A DNA stretch of 64,000 nt from Octopus bimaculoides (lineage: Eukaryota), in NCBI RefSeq assembly GCF_001194135.2, contig NC_068995.1:33838458-33902457 (forward strand). The letters are read 5' to 3'. Shown piece by piece: positions 51,561 to 64,000 of this stretch. The stretch's first letter is position 1; each line of letters begins with the position of its first letter. Below the pieces are notes generated by a model. That model was given only the letters and a program-made list of their open reading frames with translations, was not told the DNA's origin and did no database searches. Position numbers and translations under genes: made by a program.

Positions 51561-52321
51561 AAAAACACGAAGTAAAATATTGATACATGAAGTAACAAGC
51601 TTAAAGCAATTAAAAAATTACAATCAAGTGAGAAAAGCTACTAAAATGAAAAGACATGAGTAATGAGTGAATGTATTGTTAATATATTGATTTTGAAAAA
51701 TAAAGAACATACTGACGTGAAATTAAGAAAAATGTTAAAAAAAAACAACATTGTGTGGAAAACGATCAATTTTTAGAAGAGTATAAAATGGTTTCTTTTT
51801 AAATCCTTGTTCGACACGATAAAAATTTTACCAAGCAACAAAGCAAAATCCAACAGCTTTAAATAAAGTATTAACGAGAACAATAATAATTTCATACAGC
51901 TAGATGTTACCATCTAAAATAAAATACAAAATATAATTAAAAACTAACATGAAAAAGTGATCATAGAAATAAATGAAGAAAGCACAAATCACAAAATTTT
52001 TTTCTCCTTATTTCTGATAAATTAGTTTTTATTTATTTCCAGAGATATCTAACTATCGGCTAGGATTATTTATCTAAGAGGGCTACAGCCCATCACCCTA
52101 ATTTATCTAGCGGAGTTTCTTTTCTTAATACATAACGATATGTTTAAGTAGTGGATGAAAGATTTATAGAAGATGACAGTATGTTTTATGGGAGAGGAGG
52201 GAAAGCAGAGCGAAACCGTCTTGTTCCATGAACAGATGGAATGGAAGTTAACATGACATTTTTGTTAAACACCGAATGGATTATATATATTTATTACAGT
52301 GTGCTTGCATGTATGTAATCT

Positions 52322-52364
<43 letters not shown>

Positions 52365-52649
52365 CACACACATTTAATGTGTGTACACATACACACAATT
52401 TTATACTTAAAATGAATTCCCATCCTTTGGTCTATTTCTCTCAGAGAAAATGTGGGAAAAAACTGATCAGGCACCAGTAAAATTCCTTTACAAACATAGC
52501 AGTGATGAAATAAATATACAGAGAAAAACCAGATCAATATTTTATAACAGATTTTTCGCTCTAGATTAAATGAAAGATTTAAAAAAAAACAAAAAACGAG
52601 CACATAAACATATATATGAGAGAGAGAGAGTGAGAATAGGATATAAAAA

Positions 52650-53500
52650 GGCTTTTATTTAAAAAAAAATTGCTACATATAAATAAATGAGCGAGTAATG
52701 AAGCGGACAAACGAATGTAAAAGATTAACACATCCCAACATCACGCACAGAACAAGTGTGTGTGTCTGTGTGTGTAAAGACATCATGATATTTCTTTACT
52801 TGTAGTTTAATATAAATATATCCCAAATGAAAAATATAAAAATTGTACAAGTAAAGATTCGACGAATTACAGTGGGATGTTGTGAGTTTATAGGGCAAAA
52901 AAGTCTGTCTATTTGTGAAGTCGATGAAAATCTGTGCAGTAAGTGAATACGACAGCAATGATGCGGTAATGGTAAAAATGAAGATAGACACGGTTACCTG
53001 CTGAGAGATAAATAGCAACTGAGATGGGGAAATTAATAAAAAGAAAAGGATTAAAGCAGAGAGGAAATTAGAAACTTACGAGAAAGAACGCTTTTTGGTG
53101 CTTGACGTCATTTTATCTAAGAGGATGAATATAAAAAGGTATTGTTATATCAAGACATCGCCAACAGTTTGTAATGAAATAACTCCTTATTAGAACTAAA
53201 TATACAAGAAATGAATTTGGCAATCAAAACAGATATTGCCCTCTACCGGATTACGTAAGGGAGACAACTCTAAATCGATTATCTGCTAATTCATTCATTA
53301 ACAAAAGCTAAATTTCTGTGGAAATGCTGCAAGAGAAATTCTCTGTAGTGAACCTCTTCTCCATTTATGGAATTATCGAGAAGTATTTACGAATTATCTA
53401 GAATCTTATCTATGTATATATTATCTCTGTGTGCACGTGTATTTGAACATACAATTCATATTTATACATATTAAATTAAATACATTTACATTATTGTTAC
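52650..53500 (-). promoter_or_regulatory. Putative promoter/5' region of the CSP gene
   Basis: CpG dinucleotides are retained around coding exon 1 while most unique sequence in the window is CpG-poor. A possible acceptor (ttcatcctcttag) lies 5 nt before the ATG, so an upstream non-coding exon is also possible. Confidence 0.4.
53080..53111 (-). CDS. DNAJC5: Cysteine string protein (DNAJC5-like), coding exon 1: MTSSTKKRSF + TC (phase 2)
   Basis: Minus strand reads ATG ACG TCA AGC ACC AAA AAG CGT TCT TTC TC|gtaagtttc. The phase-2 end joins the G that opens the 20890 exon, giving KKRSFSSSGDSLY, which matches the CSP N-terminus (human RQRSLSTSGESLY). It lies in a locally CpG-retaining region. Less certain than the other exons because it is short and 32 kb away. 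Confidence 0.8.
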
Positions 53501-54329
53501 TACTACTGCATTTCTTTTAAATACAACATAGCCAGAAAGTCTTTTAATTAATATCGAGTTGGTCAGACGTTCTATTGATTCATTAGGATAGTGGGGAAGA
53601 ATTTTTCAGTACTAAAAAGAAAGGATTGATTAACTGTGGGTTGCTTTCTTTACTGAAGCAATATACAGGCTTTATAGTTTTTTGAGTTTTTTTTTTTTTA
53701 ATGTAGCTCATGCCAGCCTTGATTAAGAAGTTTTATAACATGGTCAGCGGATCCAGTATTGCAGTCATATCATGCCACCTTTTAGCTGAGGCCCACACTA
53801 TGCACTACAACATGCAGTAATTTATCATGTACAATATGGTATTTTTTTTTCTGTTGTCAAATCTGCCCATAGCTTTCTGATGTTAGTCACATCAAATGCA
53901 AAACAGAGAAATTTAATTAGAATGGAAGTGTATTTATCTCTGACGATGTGTATCTTTGCATAAGTTTTAGAGCTCTTAAGGTTACTGCTCCTGCTATTAT
54001 TAATCTTTGCATAAGTTTTAGAGATCTTAAGGATACTGCTGCTACTATTATGTCTATGTGCTTTTGACACTTAAATTGGTTGAGAAGAATAATGTATTAG
54101 GATGGTATTATAATGTTCTGAAGTGTTGCAGAGAGGTCATTAATGAGTGCACAGTGATAGGAGCAATGTGAGTTGCAGCCTGTAACAACAAACTGTCCTT
54201 TGCATGTCCCAGTAATTTTTCCTTTTCAGAACTTTTGCTTTACTGAGTACTCTTCCTGATGTGAAAACTATGCTATTAGTTTGTTGTGGAGTTTGCTACA
54301 ACTACATTAGTTGTTGACAATGTGCATTA

Positions 54330-54900
54330 AGTCTCTTAAATAGCTGGGTCTGTAGGAAGGGTTGTAACCATGGGATCTGCAGGCTTTCCAAGACTGGTTA
54401 TTTTTTTTAATTATGTCTGGATTTCAACCTCGGCCACAGTAACAAAGTCCTCTCACGACACTTCTCAGTCCAGCATCACTGCCTCAAGGGCCTGGATACA
54501 TTCCAGGCCAATGTTTGCAATCAAGTTCTCGATGTGAGTGTAATGACATTTTCCTCTTCTTACATCACCATGAAGTGAATTTCACAAGACTAACTTGGAT
54601 GCTCCTACTTTAGGGTGGTGCATGCAATGACCAGATAGTTGCAGCATTCGTTTGTTATATGTCACTGCCATTTCACATTTCGGGTCATTTGAAGCACCCT
54701 TGTGTAGCAGTCATTTCACCCGTTTGATAACTTTTTTGTCTGTGTCCATGTTTCACTGCCATGTAATAGCACTGATTCGGCAGTTGCAGTGAACAACTTG
54801 ATTCTGATTTGCCTGGGCAATTTGGAGTTCCAGAGCTTCTTTAGTTTGTGACAAGCTGTCCATGCTTGTGCCTTCCTGACCTTGGTGGTTTTATAGTGTT
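54330..54900 (-). mobile_element. 3' fragment of a second RTE-clade LINE family
   Basis: KVRKAQAWTACHKLKKLWNSKLPRQIRIKLFTATAESVLLHGSETW, the post-RT region typical of RTE elements. Diverged from the dominant family. Confidence 0.75.
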
Positions 54901-55348
54901 GCACTTTAATCAACTACAATGATCTAACCAATCTTACAGGAAACTTATTCAAAGCAGTTTAGATAGAAGATTTGCATACCAAATATGACAATAATTTACT
55001 ATGTCAAATATAACAACATATTTTTCTTTAAATTTCTCAAGAATGAGGCTTCACTGGGTCTCCAATAGATTCACTAGGTCTCCAATAGATTTGGCTTAAG
55101 TTGTAGCGTACCTGAGCACTATACACAATTTCATTATTATTATTATCATGGAAGCTGTACAGTTGTTCATTGAGGAAGTAAAGTAATAGGTTAGTAATTA
55201 GTAGAAGTCAAAAGTGTTACTTTCTCAGGAATGGGACAATCTGTTGCAAAGACTAGGATATATGTGTGTGTGTGTGTGTGTATGTCTATCTCTCTCTATA
55301 TATGTGTGTGTGTATCTCTATCTCTCTCTCTATGTGTGTGTGTGTGTG

Positions 55349-55390
<42 letters not shown>

Positions 55391-55429
55391 CACACACACA
55401 TATATTTAATGATGAGAGAGATCGAAGAG

Positions 55430-56740
55430 TTTGGTGAGATAGCTCTGGGGAACATTGTTTGAGTGTAAATGAAGGGATGCTGTCTGTGCCAGTGACTTTA
55501 TTCTTTTAAAGTGACTGGAGACACTCTCTGCACTTTGTATGTGAAGATAGTAATGAATCAGATGGAGTAGAGAGTTTTGGAGTTTCAGCTAATCTGTATT
55601 GTGTTGAGTGTGTTGTAAACTCTACACAAAAATGTGGAAGGGCTTTCTCTCTGGGTATTTTATGGTGCCTCTCATGACTGAGAAATGAAGTGTAGGAAGA
55701 TACAACTAAATTAGAGATGCTTTTAGCAAGAAGCCGAAAAGACCAGCTTCAATTTGGATGGTTGAATAGCTTGCAGGTTGATTGACACACCTTTTTTTTT
55801 TTTGTATTTCAAATGATGAACTTTCTGAAATTGTTGTCAAAGGTAAAAATCATTCAGCTTGTAGAGTTGGCTCAAGCATTGTAAACAACATGTATTTTGG
55901 TTGCGCATGATATATTAGTGTGGTGTGCCTAAAGGGGTGGTTTCTGTTACTCGTTTAGCTGTTTTTGGTGGGTCAAGACTGAAGCTAATGTACTGCAAAG
56001 GTAGTAAATGTAGAGTTGGCAGAGTTTCAACTAAACTTGAAGTGTCATAGGACCTGAGATGTTGGAGGCATTGTGTAGCATGTGGCTAGATTGTGGATCA
56101 TCTCACCGTTGCCTCATCAGGCATTAATCAGATAATCTGATAGGTTCAGAGATGATTAGTAATTGACTTGAGGATGGTTTGGGAAGTGAGAAAGAAATCA
56201 AGGATGTTTCTAGTGTTAGTGTGTCAGTCAACAATGTATGCAGGGGTGGGGGGTAAAATTTAATTATAGTAGAGAGTTAAAGATTACAAAAGATTCAGTT
56301 TTTGGATTAGCAGTACCAGTGTGGGATGAGTCTGAGCAGTAAACATTGAAGGACATGTGCGGAACTAGAAGAGTTATGACCATTGAAGCCACTGCAGAAG
56401 ATGACTTTAGGGATGGGTGAAGTGAGATATATATCCTTAGTACAGACAAAGATATTGCTGAAGAGGAGTTGGTGGTGGATGGAGGAGTTTTGAGAGCTGT
56501 AAGTGCAGCAGATGCATTTGAAATTGTGTGGAAGCAGAATAAGTGAATGTCATTGTTACTTGTATCCAGATAAGAGGAGAGAATAAAATCTTCATATGTG
56601 TAGATATCAGCTTTCACTGTGAAGTTGAATGTAGAGTATAGCTTGGACTGCTGAGATGGCTTACATATAAGGGATAAGGGATTTGTGTCTTGAAGAAGAA
56701 AAGAACGAGTGGTTTGCAGTATTATGTGGTGAACTGACAA
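55430..56740 (-). mobile_element. Degenerate CR1/L2/Jockey-group LINE (AP endonuclease remnant plus the start of RT)
   Basis: VIFCSGFNGHN (GDFNAH-like), RNILDFFLTS, and KNKVTGTDSIPSFTLKQCSPEL (K.TGPD.IP...LK motif). Confidence 0.65.
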
Positions 56741-57299
56741 AATTGTTAGAGTCTGATATTTCTTCTGGAACTTTGCATTCTGAGTTCAAATCCTGTTAAG
56801 GTCAAATCTACCTTTTATCCCTCTGCAGTTGATTATATCAAGTACCAGTTATATATTGAGGTCAATGACATTAGCTAAACTCCTCCCCTCAAATCTGCTG
56901 GCCTTATGCCTAAATCAGAAACAATTATTATTGGTTTTGTTGATGTATTGATCTCATACCATCACAGTTTTCTCTCTCTCCCACTTTACATCTAATTTCT
57001 CTTATACCCAGTTTGTCTCTCAGTTCATTTATACACACTGAAATAGTACATCCAATGAAGCAAATTTGTTTATTTCTTACTTGCTTTTGCAGGTCCTCTG
57101 TATTCAAGGTCTACATTATTTTACTATACAGCAATGCATTTCATACACAAACAGCTGCCCTTCACTTTGAAGGAAAAGCCTTTTGTTGCCAGTAAAGATA
57201 ATAGCTCCCTGCACTTTCTCAAACCCATTTTACACATTCAGAACACATACCAACACTACAAATTAGTAACAAAATTTTAATAACAAAAGCTATTAACCA

Positions 57300-58540
57300 T
57301 TTCTAGGAAACCATCTGGACATTTGAGGGTATTTTTTTCTCTTGAGCTATTAATGCTTAGTGACCTGGAGCACCTGCTGCATATGATGTCTACCTTTTCT
57401 GATAGCCTGTATGTGATCCCATTACATCTCTTGTGCATCTACTACTTACACTGGGTTCACCTTATAGATTTTTTACTGACTCATTTTCTGTAAGCAGAAA
57501 TAATCTTTTCCCTGATATTATACATCATGTGCATGCCTGTATGTACATTAATGTTAACATCTCATGGTTTTTTTGTTTGTGACTATAACACTTTATACAG
57601 TTGTCCTCCTCCATACAAATCACATGGCAATACCATCACAGACATTTCTCTTGTGCAATACATCTGCTTCCTCATATATTCAGTTTTTCTCTCCGTTTAT
57701 TTATTCTTTATCATACATGCACACTGGTATTATACATCCAACAGAGGTATATCCACTTTATTTATTTCTAGTCTTCACAAATCCTGCATCTCACTACTGT
57801 GCAACATTATACTTCATACACAAGTATCATACAATTAGCCTCTCACTGTAAACGAAAATCCCTTGTTGCTGGTTGAGGTAATAACTCCCTGAGCTTTATC
57901 CAACAAGTTATTATCAATTAGGTCTCTTAGGTCACAGAAGCTAAGCTGGCATTGGAGAGTCTATTTTGCATGTGCTTTTTGACTGTAAAGCTATCAGGTT
58001 TAATTGTTGGTCCCCCTGTTGGCACTAATTGGGGTAGTCATACATTCTTCTCATTCTGCAACCACTTGTAGCATTTCTGAAACATTTTCTTCTTGGTGTT
58101 AGTAAGGGCTAGTGTACCACTATCATTCTACATGTTTTTCTCAATGATGTCTTGTTTCAAGCTAATACACTACTTTGCAATCTGGAATATCTCATGTCTC
58201 TTGTTCTCTGATCACAAAACACTGGTAAAACATCTTAATTTCAAATTTTCCCTGTGCTATGTATATCTTATTGTTCTTTACTTGCCACTTTCTTGCAATC
58301 TTCCCAGGGCTGACTCAAGTATTTTTGCTCTTTTTACTGTACCATTCTCTCTCCATGCCACCTTTTGTTTTGGTGAGAACCTTGCTTCATCTGCAGATTT
58401 TATCTGTGGCTCATAGAAGGTTGTCTCATAAAAATTCAAAGTAGTTCTCTTTCTCCCCCTTTCCATCACGTGCATTAACTAATACTTCTTTGAAGGATCT
58501 TTCAACTTCCATATCTTCTCTAGACTGTTTAACGAACATG
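57300..58540 (-). mobile_element. Heavily decayed RTE LINE fragment
   Basis: Degenerate IFQIAK...QDII.EK..NDSGTLALT, matching the pre-RT region of the younger RTE copies; many stops. Confidence 0.55.
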
Positions 58541-58589
58541 CAGAATGACTAACTCAGAGTATAATAAGAATTATACTCTGAGAGCAAAA

Positions 58590-59452
58590 TGAGGTGGTAT
58601 CAAAAAGTTCCTGGACTAGTTCTGTAGTGGCAACACACAATTGTATGTGCAGTGAGAGCTAGCAGTGACCTGCATGAGGCAGTATGCCAAGTGACATTGC
58701 TGTATTTACTTTGCAAGTTGTGAAATTTGTGTTTTTGTGATCATGTGTATGCTGTAGTTTTTGATTTTGTCATGGATGGGAATAAAGAGTCAACATGAAA
58801 TTTTGCATTAAACCTGGGAAGTCTGCTAGAGACATTGAGCATACTTTGGCAAGCTTATGGCAGTGAGGCAATGGGTTATCAATGTTTCGAGTGGCACAGG
58901 CACTTCAAAAGCAGAAGGATGTCCCTGGAAGACAATGAGCAATTTGGAAATCTGCCACGAGCGTCACCCCTGGAAATGTGGTATTGTTCATTGAGAATTC
59001 ATGCCCCAGGGCCAGATCATCAACTGAGAGTTCTACCATAATGTTTTGAAGCATCTGAGGGAGGCTATTCAGCAAAAGTGACTTGGTCTGTGGAGTGCAA
59101 AGAATTGGATTCTTTATGAAGCTTTCCTCACATGTGAGTTTCTTGTCCAAAGCATGGTATCACTTCCATACCTACCCTATTCGCCAGATTTAGCACCTGC
59201 AGACTTCCATCTCTTCCCCAAGATGAAAATGCAGCTCAAAGGTCACCGTTTTAACACCATTGTCAAGATCAAATTGAATTGCAGAAGGTCCTTGACTCAC
59301 TTACGAAAAACTTCAGGATGGATTTCAAAAGTGGCAGGAACATTGGGACTGGTGTATTGCTGCACAGTGTGACTATATTGAAGGAGATGATGTTAAAACT
59401 TAGGCAAATAAGTTGTTTCTTATTAAACACAACTAATCTGGGAACCTTTGAT
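58590..59452 (+). mobile_element. Internally deleted mariner element
   Basis: Left TIR tgaggtggtatcaaaaagttcc; HTH remnant MKFCIKPGKSA...WQAYGSEAMG.QCFEWHRHFKS.R.SLEDNE; YSPDLAPADFHLFPKMK motif; partial right TIR ggaacctttgat at 59441-59452. Confidence 0.88.
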
Positions 59453-62345
59453 CAGTATTGCCAACTTAAAATCACAATTTTATGCTAAATTTCAGAAAAA
59501 ATACAAAAAAATGCTAAAGACTAATTATATCAAAAAGCTTAATTTTTATCTACTTTCTTTAGTTAAATTCAGCATTGAAAAATAATTTCTTGAATTTCAC
59601 TGATTTGTTCACTTTTATCTGCAGTGCCTAGGTCTTGACTTCCGTATACATTCAAGGTCCCAGTCTTGTTAATTATGTATTTTGGAATATCGAAGTTTTT
59701 GCAACATTTGCCATATCTTTTCAGGCCATATTTTATTGACAGTATTGATCTACGCATAGAAAGATGCATTTAGTTTTTCAATCTTGATTTGATTACACCC
59801 ATACTACTGAACAACTGTTCAACTTCTGCATTTGAGTTTGGCAATGTCAATAGATTAATGGCAAAATTTGCAACATCTCTAAAAGGAGTTCCTCCAGTAG
59901 CATCTTTATATTCCAAGACTTCCAGCCAGAATGCCTCAGTATTAGACGTATTTGTCCATTTAACTAAATGAATGCTATTAAACTGAATTTCAATTGAAGC
60001 AATTTTTTTCTTCATTTAAATACATTGCTTCTAAGACAGGTAAAATTGACTCTTTGAAATGCTGCAAAATATTTTCTACTGAAAAACATTTAATATTCCT
60101 CAGTATATTAATATTTTCTGACAAACGGTGCTTGAGCTCTTTATAAAGACAGAGTAAAAATTGTTATGCTCTTTTGTGAATATTATTTTCTTCAGTGACT
60201 GTTACAGCCTTCTTGATAATCATTTCTGCTGTCTTTCTCTTGAACCTGTAGCCTAAATTTGGTTTAGGATCCAGAAATTTTTCAATAGAAGCATCAGGAT
60301 CAAGTGGATCAATTCTACATTAGCAACAGATTTGATCAAATTTGAAAGATCTTCAAGTAATTTTGTTTTGTCGACAGTGTTTGATTCAAATAGTTTATTC
60401 ACTTCCTGAACATGTTTTAAAATTAGATGCAAAAATAAAAAGTAAAGTTCATTCCTAGAATCAAAACATTTCATGTAACGTTTGTGTTGTAAAGCATTTT
60501 TCTTTTGTAATTGTAGTTTGGAAGTGAGTTTGCAATTCAAACCATTGGCTTAAAATTCTATTTACAGCTGATTCTATTGATGGCCATCTAGTTGTACAAG
60601 AATTCAAAATCTTCAAAGGCTCTTTATCATTGATAGCGAGGTAAAGTTGTTAGTAGGCACTTTGTCTTGTTGAAGAATGAGAGAACCATTTATAGGTTTT
60701 GGATACTAAAAATTTTTAATTTATGGACAAGCATTCAACACAAGTGTAGGATACTGCCAACTGTAAATAGAAGTAATGATGGAACTTCTTTTAATTTCTG
60801 GAAAACACCATTGTTGACTCCTATCATTACTCTAGCATTGTCGGTTCCTATAGCCAGTAAATTTTTTATATCTAATTTCTTTTTCGCTAATTCAATTTTT
60901 AAGGCATCTACAACACCATCTGCATCACATGTTTCTAAAGATAACATACTGAGATATGTATGTAACACTTTTTTGTGAGTGTTACTATAACAATTCCTAA
61001 CAACTTGTTTATTGACATATCATTGGATTCATCTAATAACAGGCTAAGTTTTCTATCTCCTATATCAGAAATCAAATCTCCATCAATATTTGCACGGACA
61101 TAATATCACTAACATGTAATTCTTACATAACTCTATTAAGTGATCACAGCTATTAAATGATGAGTGGCAACAAATAAACATTGCTAAATTTGCTTCAAGC
61201 ATAGATGTCTTATCATTTTTGGTTTTAATAAAATTGATAAGAGGAATCATTTGTTGTGGAGTTGATGCCTTATGTTTCTTTGCTTAATAGTGGCTTGCTA
61301 ATAGAAAATATTTTGGCAACATATTACATCTGCAATGTGCTTTTGATTGGTCACTAGGTACTTCACACAACCACTTAGTAAATGCTGGTATCTTAAGTCA
61401 TTCCTTTCGGAATTTTTGCTGGTACAACTTTGTTTTTTTTCGCTCATTATAATGTAGTGGGAAGCAAGAAAATAAATTGAATGATTAATAAAGATATAAA
61501 ATTGAAAACAACAACTTATCAGTTTGCCACTAACAATTCTTTCATTCACCGTTAGCACTTCTTATGTTTGCTGCTTACAAATTCTTGAAGGGAAGAATAT
61601 TGATTCAGGATGTGGGATGGCCAACTTATAAATGGAAAAGTAAAATCTGCAGAAATCCTAAAACTGTGTTCTGATATATACCTGGGAACATCATATTTCA
61701 CTTCCAATCTTACATTTAATATCTATTAGTAAAACCACAAATATAACTACAATACTTGAGAAAAAAAAGTAAGTAGAAATATACAGGGGGAGACTCTACC
61801 ACCCCCGTACATCTACACAAGGTATATAATCCAAAACAAGCATGAAAAAATGCAGACCTATTTTAAAACAGTCAACCTGTCATGATAAAAATTCATCACT
61901 ACAGAATAAAGCATTGTTAGGACGAATTTCCATACTTTCACTCTCTGCAACATATTTACATTATTGTGTAGTGAATTCAGGCGCTGATATGAGTTATCTT
62001 TTCCCCCCTCACCCCACCAGCACCCACTCAGTATCCAGACATGTGGAGCAAGGCTGGAAAAGTTCATAACTTGATAAAATTCCTTTTGATAAACTTTCAT
62101 TTGAAGTTTCATGAAAGTGAAAGAAAAATTCAACAACAGCTGATAGTACTAAAATTTGGCTAACGAAAGTAGAAAAGGAGGAAAAAGAAGAAAAAAGAGT
62201 AAGTATTGTGGAAATGTCATGACCAGAGAAAAATGCTAAAAATAATTTTAAACCTATTTTCCCTGCTAAATGCTAGATTCAAAAATTTTCTGCTAAATGC
62301 TGAAAAAAAATGCTAGATCTAGCATAAAATATGCTAAATTGATAC
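59453..62345 (-). mobile_element. Degenerate hAT DNA transposon (transposase pseudogene)
   Basis: SLLLDESND (about 61030), IGTDNARVMIG (60735-60968) and the dimerisation motif LLTLPNSNAEVEQLFSSM (59770-60015). TIR-like CAGTATTGCCAAC at 59453 and subterminal (A)TGCTAAA repeats at both ends. Confidence 0.85.
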
Positions 62346-64000
62346 CATCTAGTAACCTACATAAAGTTGAATTACTAGGAAAATTCTGGCTGATTTTTGA
62401 AATAAATCCATGTGGCTGTGTAGTAAGATGCTTGTTTCCTATCCACATGGTTTTGAGTTCAGTGCCACTGTGTGACACCTAGGGCAAGTGTCTTCTTTCT
62501 ACTATAGCCTTGGGCCAACCAAAGGCTTGTGAGTGGATTTGGTAGACAGGGTGGTTAGTATTAGGAAGGGCATCCAGCCATAAAAACCATGCCAAAAGGG
62601 ACACTGAAGCCTGGTGTAGTCTTCTACCTAGCCAGCTCCTGTCAAACCATCCAGCCCATGCCAGCATGGAAACCAGACATTAAATGATGATATATGTATG
62701 TATATATCTGTTTGTATGTATCTTTGTGTCTGTGTTTGTTCCCCATCACTGCATGACAATCAGTGCTGGTGTGTTTATGTCCCCGTAACTTAGCAGTTCA
62801 GCAAAAGAACCGATAGAATAAGTACTAGGCTTGAAATATAAAAAAAGTACTGGAGTTGATTCATTCGAGTAAAAATTCAAGGCGGTGCCCTAGCATGGCT
62901 GCAGTCTAATGAGTAAAACAAGTAAAAGATAAGAGATAAATTCTCAACAACAGATAAACATTTGTAAATATAGCAATGAAGCAATATAACCCCCATAGTC
63001 CATATCAAGTAAGGTATTACACCTTTCCAAACTTTTTGCTGCTGTATGTAGATATATATATATATACATATGTGTGACCCATCTCCTGAGTACAAGAAGT
63101 TTGGCTATTTAGCCAGGTAAATTAAATAACAAATAACAACAAAAAATTCTATCAATTTTATTGTAAAAAATAAATAACATTGATTTATTAAGCAATGTTT
63201 ATACAATCAGTTTCCAACAGTGATAATGGAAATAAAAATATAAACAAACAACACATGATGTCAAGCCCAATTCTGAGGAAAAGATGAAAGAAATTTCTAA
63301 TTTCAAAATCATTTTAAGAAAATGGAGAAAGAAAACATAGCGACTTATTTGGATGTTAGCAAATATGTAATATGAGAGTATTTTCATTTGGATGTTAGCA
63401 AATATATAAATACTAGAATAGTTTCATTTCTTTAGAGGGTAACTGATGTTATGAAGCTGTACACTTTTTGAGAGACATCAAGTCTAAAGGAATGTTTTAC
63501 TAGCTTTGGTAGTAGATATTCTAAAAAAAAGTTTAAAGGAATGTTAAGAGTTGCAGCCGATTTTTCATATAAAGTAAATGTTTAAAATATTTCTACATTT
63601 CAATTATGGATCATCATAAAGGAAGAGAAAAGCAGATTTTGTACTAACAGAATGTACTATTCTTTGGTTCCATCATTTTCAGGAGTTCTTACGCTTCTTT
63701 ACAAATAAACAAGCATTTCCAAACTTGTCTGTAACTGCAGAGGAGCACTACCAGAGTGCAGGATGTGCAGACTTGTATACTATAAGTTACTTCATTACAT
63801 ACAAGAACAAGATACAGAGTTGACTCACTTGATTCTTGAAATTGTAGCTATGTTATTGTTTTAGAAAGTATACAAAAGTTGAACCAATTTCATCAGGCTT
63901 GAAATGATAGCAGCAAAACATCAAGAAGATAATATTATAAGATACTGTTCTTCCCTCTTACTCTGCTACACTTATGTACTTCACCTGAAGTAATGATGCA

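Noticed and set aside
63600-63940. Possible hAT dimerisation remnant or plus-strand exon (EFLRFFTNKQAFPNLSV...)
   Set aside because: Similarity is too short and degenerate to call.

Overview
AT-rich, repeat-dense eukaryotic DNA, very probably octopus (inferred from the RTE-LINE/SINE repertoire and (TA)n abundance), with three assembly gaps. One gene is clearly recognisable. It is a minus-strand cysteine string protein gene (DNAJC5/CSP family) with five coding exons at 53080-53111, 20809-20890, 11408-11464, 8192-8344 and 4299-4430. All junctions are GT-AG and phase-compatible, giving 152 aa: [152 protein letters not shown]. The terminal exon is not resolved. The first coding intron is about 32 kb. 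It appears to hold a second, spliced but disrupted gene with its own CpG-rich promoter-like region (about 47.5-51.6 kb); this is the best candidate for something undescribed, but it is an inference. The rest is layered, often nested, mobile DNA: RTE, CRE-like, HERO-like and CR1/L2-like LINE remnants, several SINE families, pogo, mariner and hAT relics, a Helentron-like element, MITEs, and a foldback element carrying inverted TTAGGG arrays. No CRISPR, rRNA or true tRNA gene was found. Repeat boundaries were read by eye and are approximate unless TIR/TSD coordinates are given.
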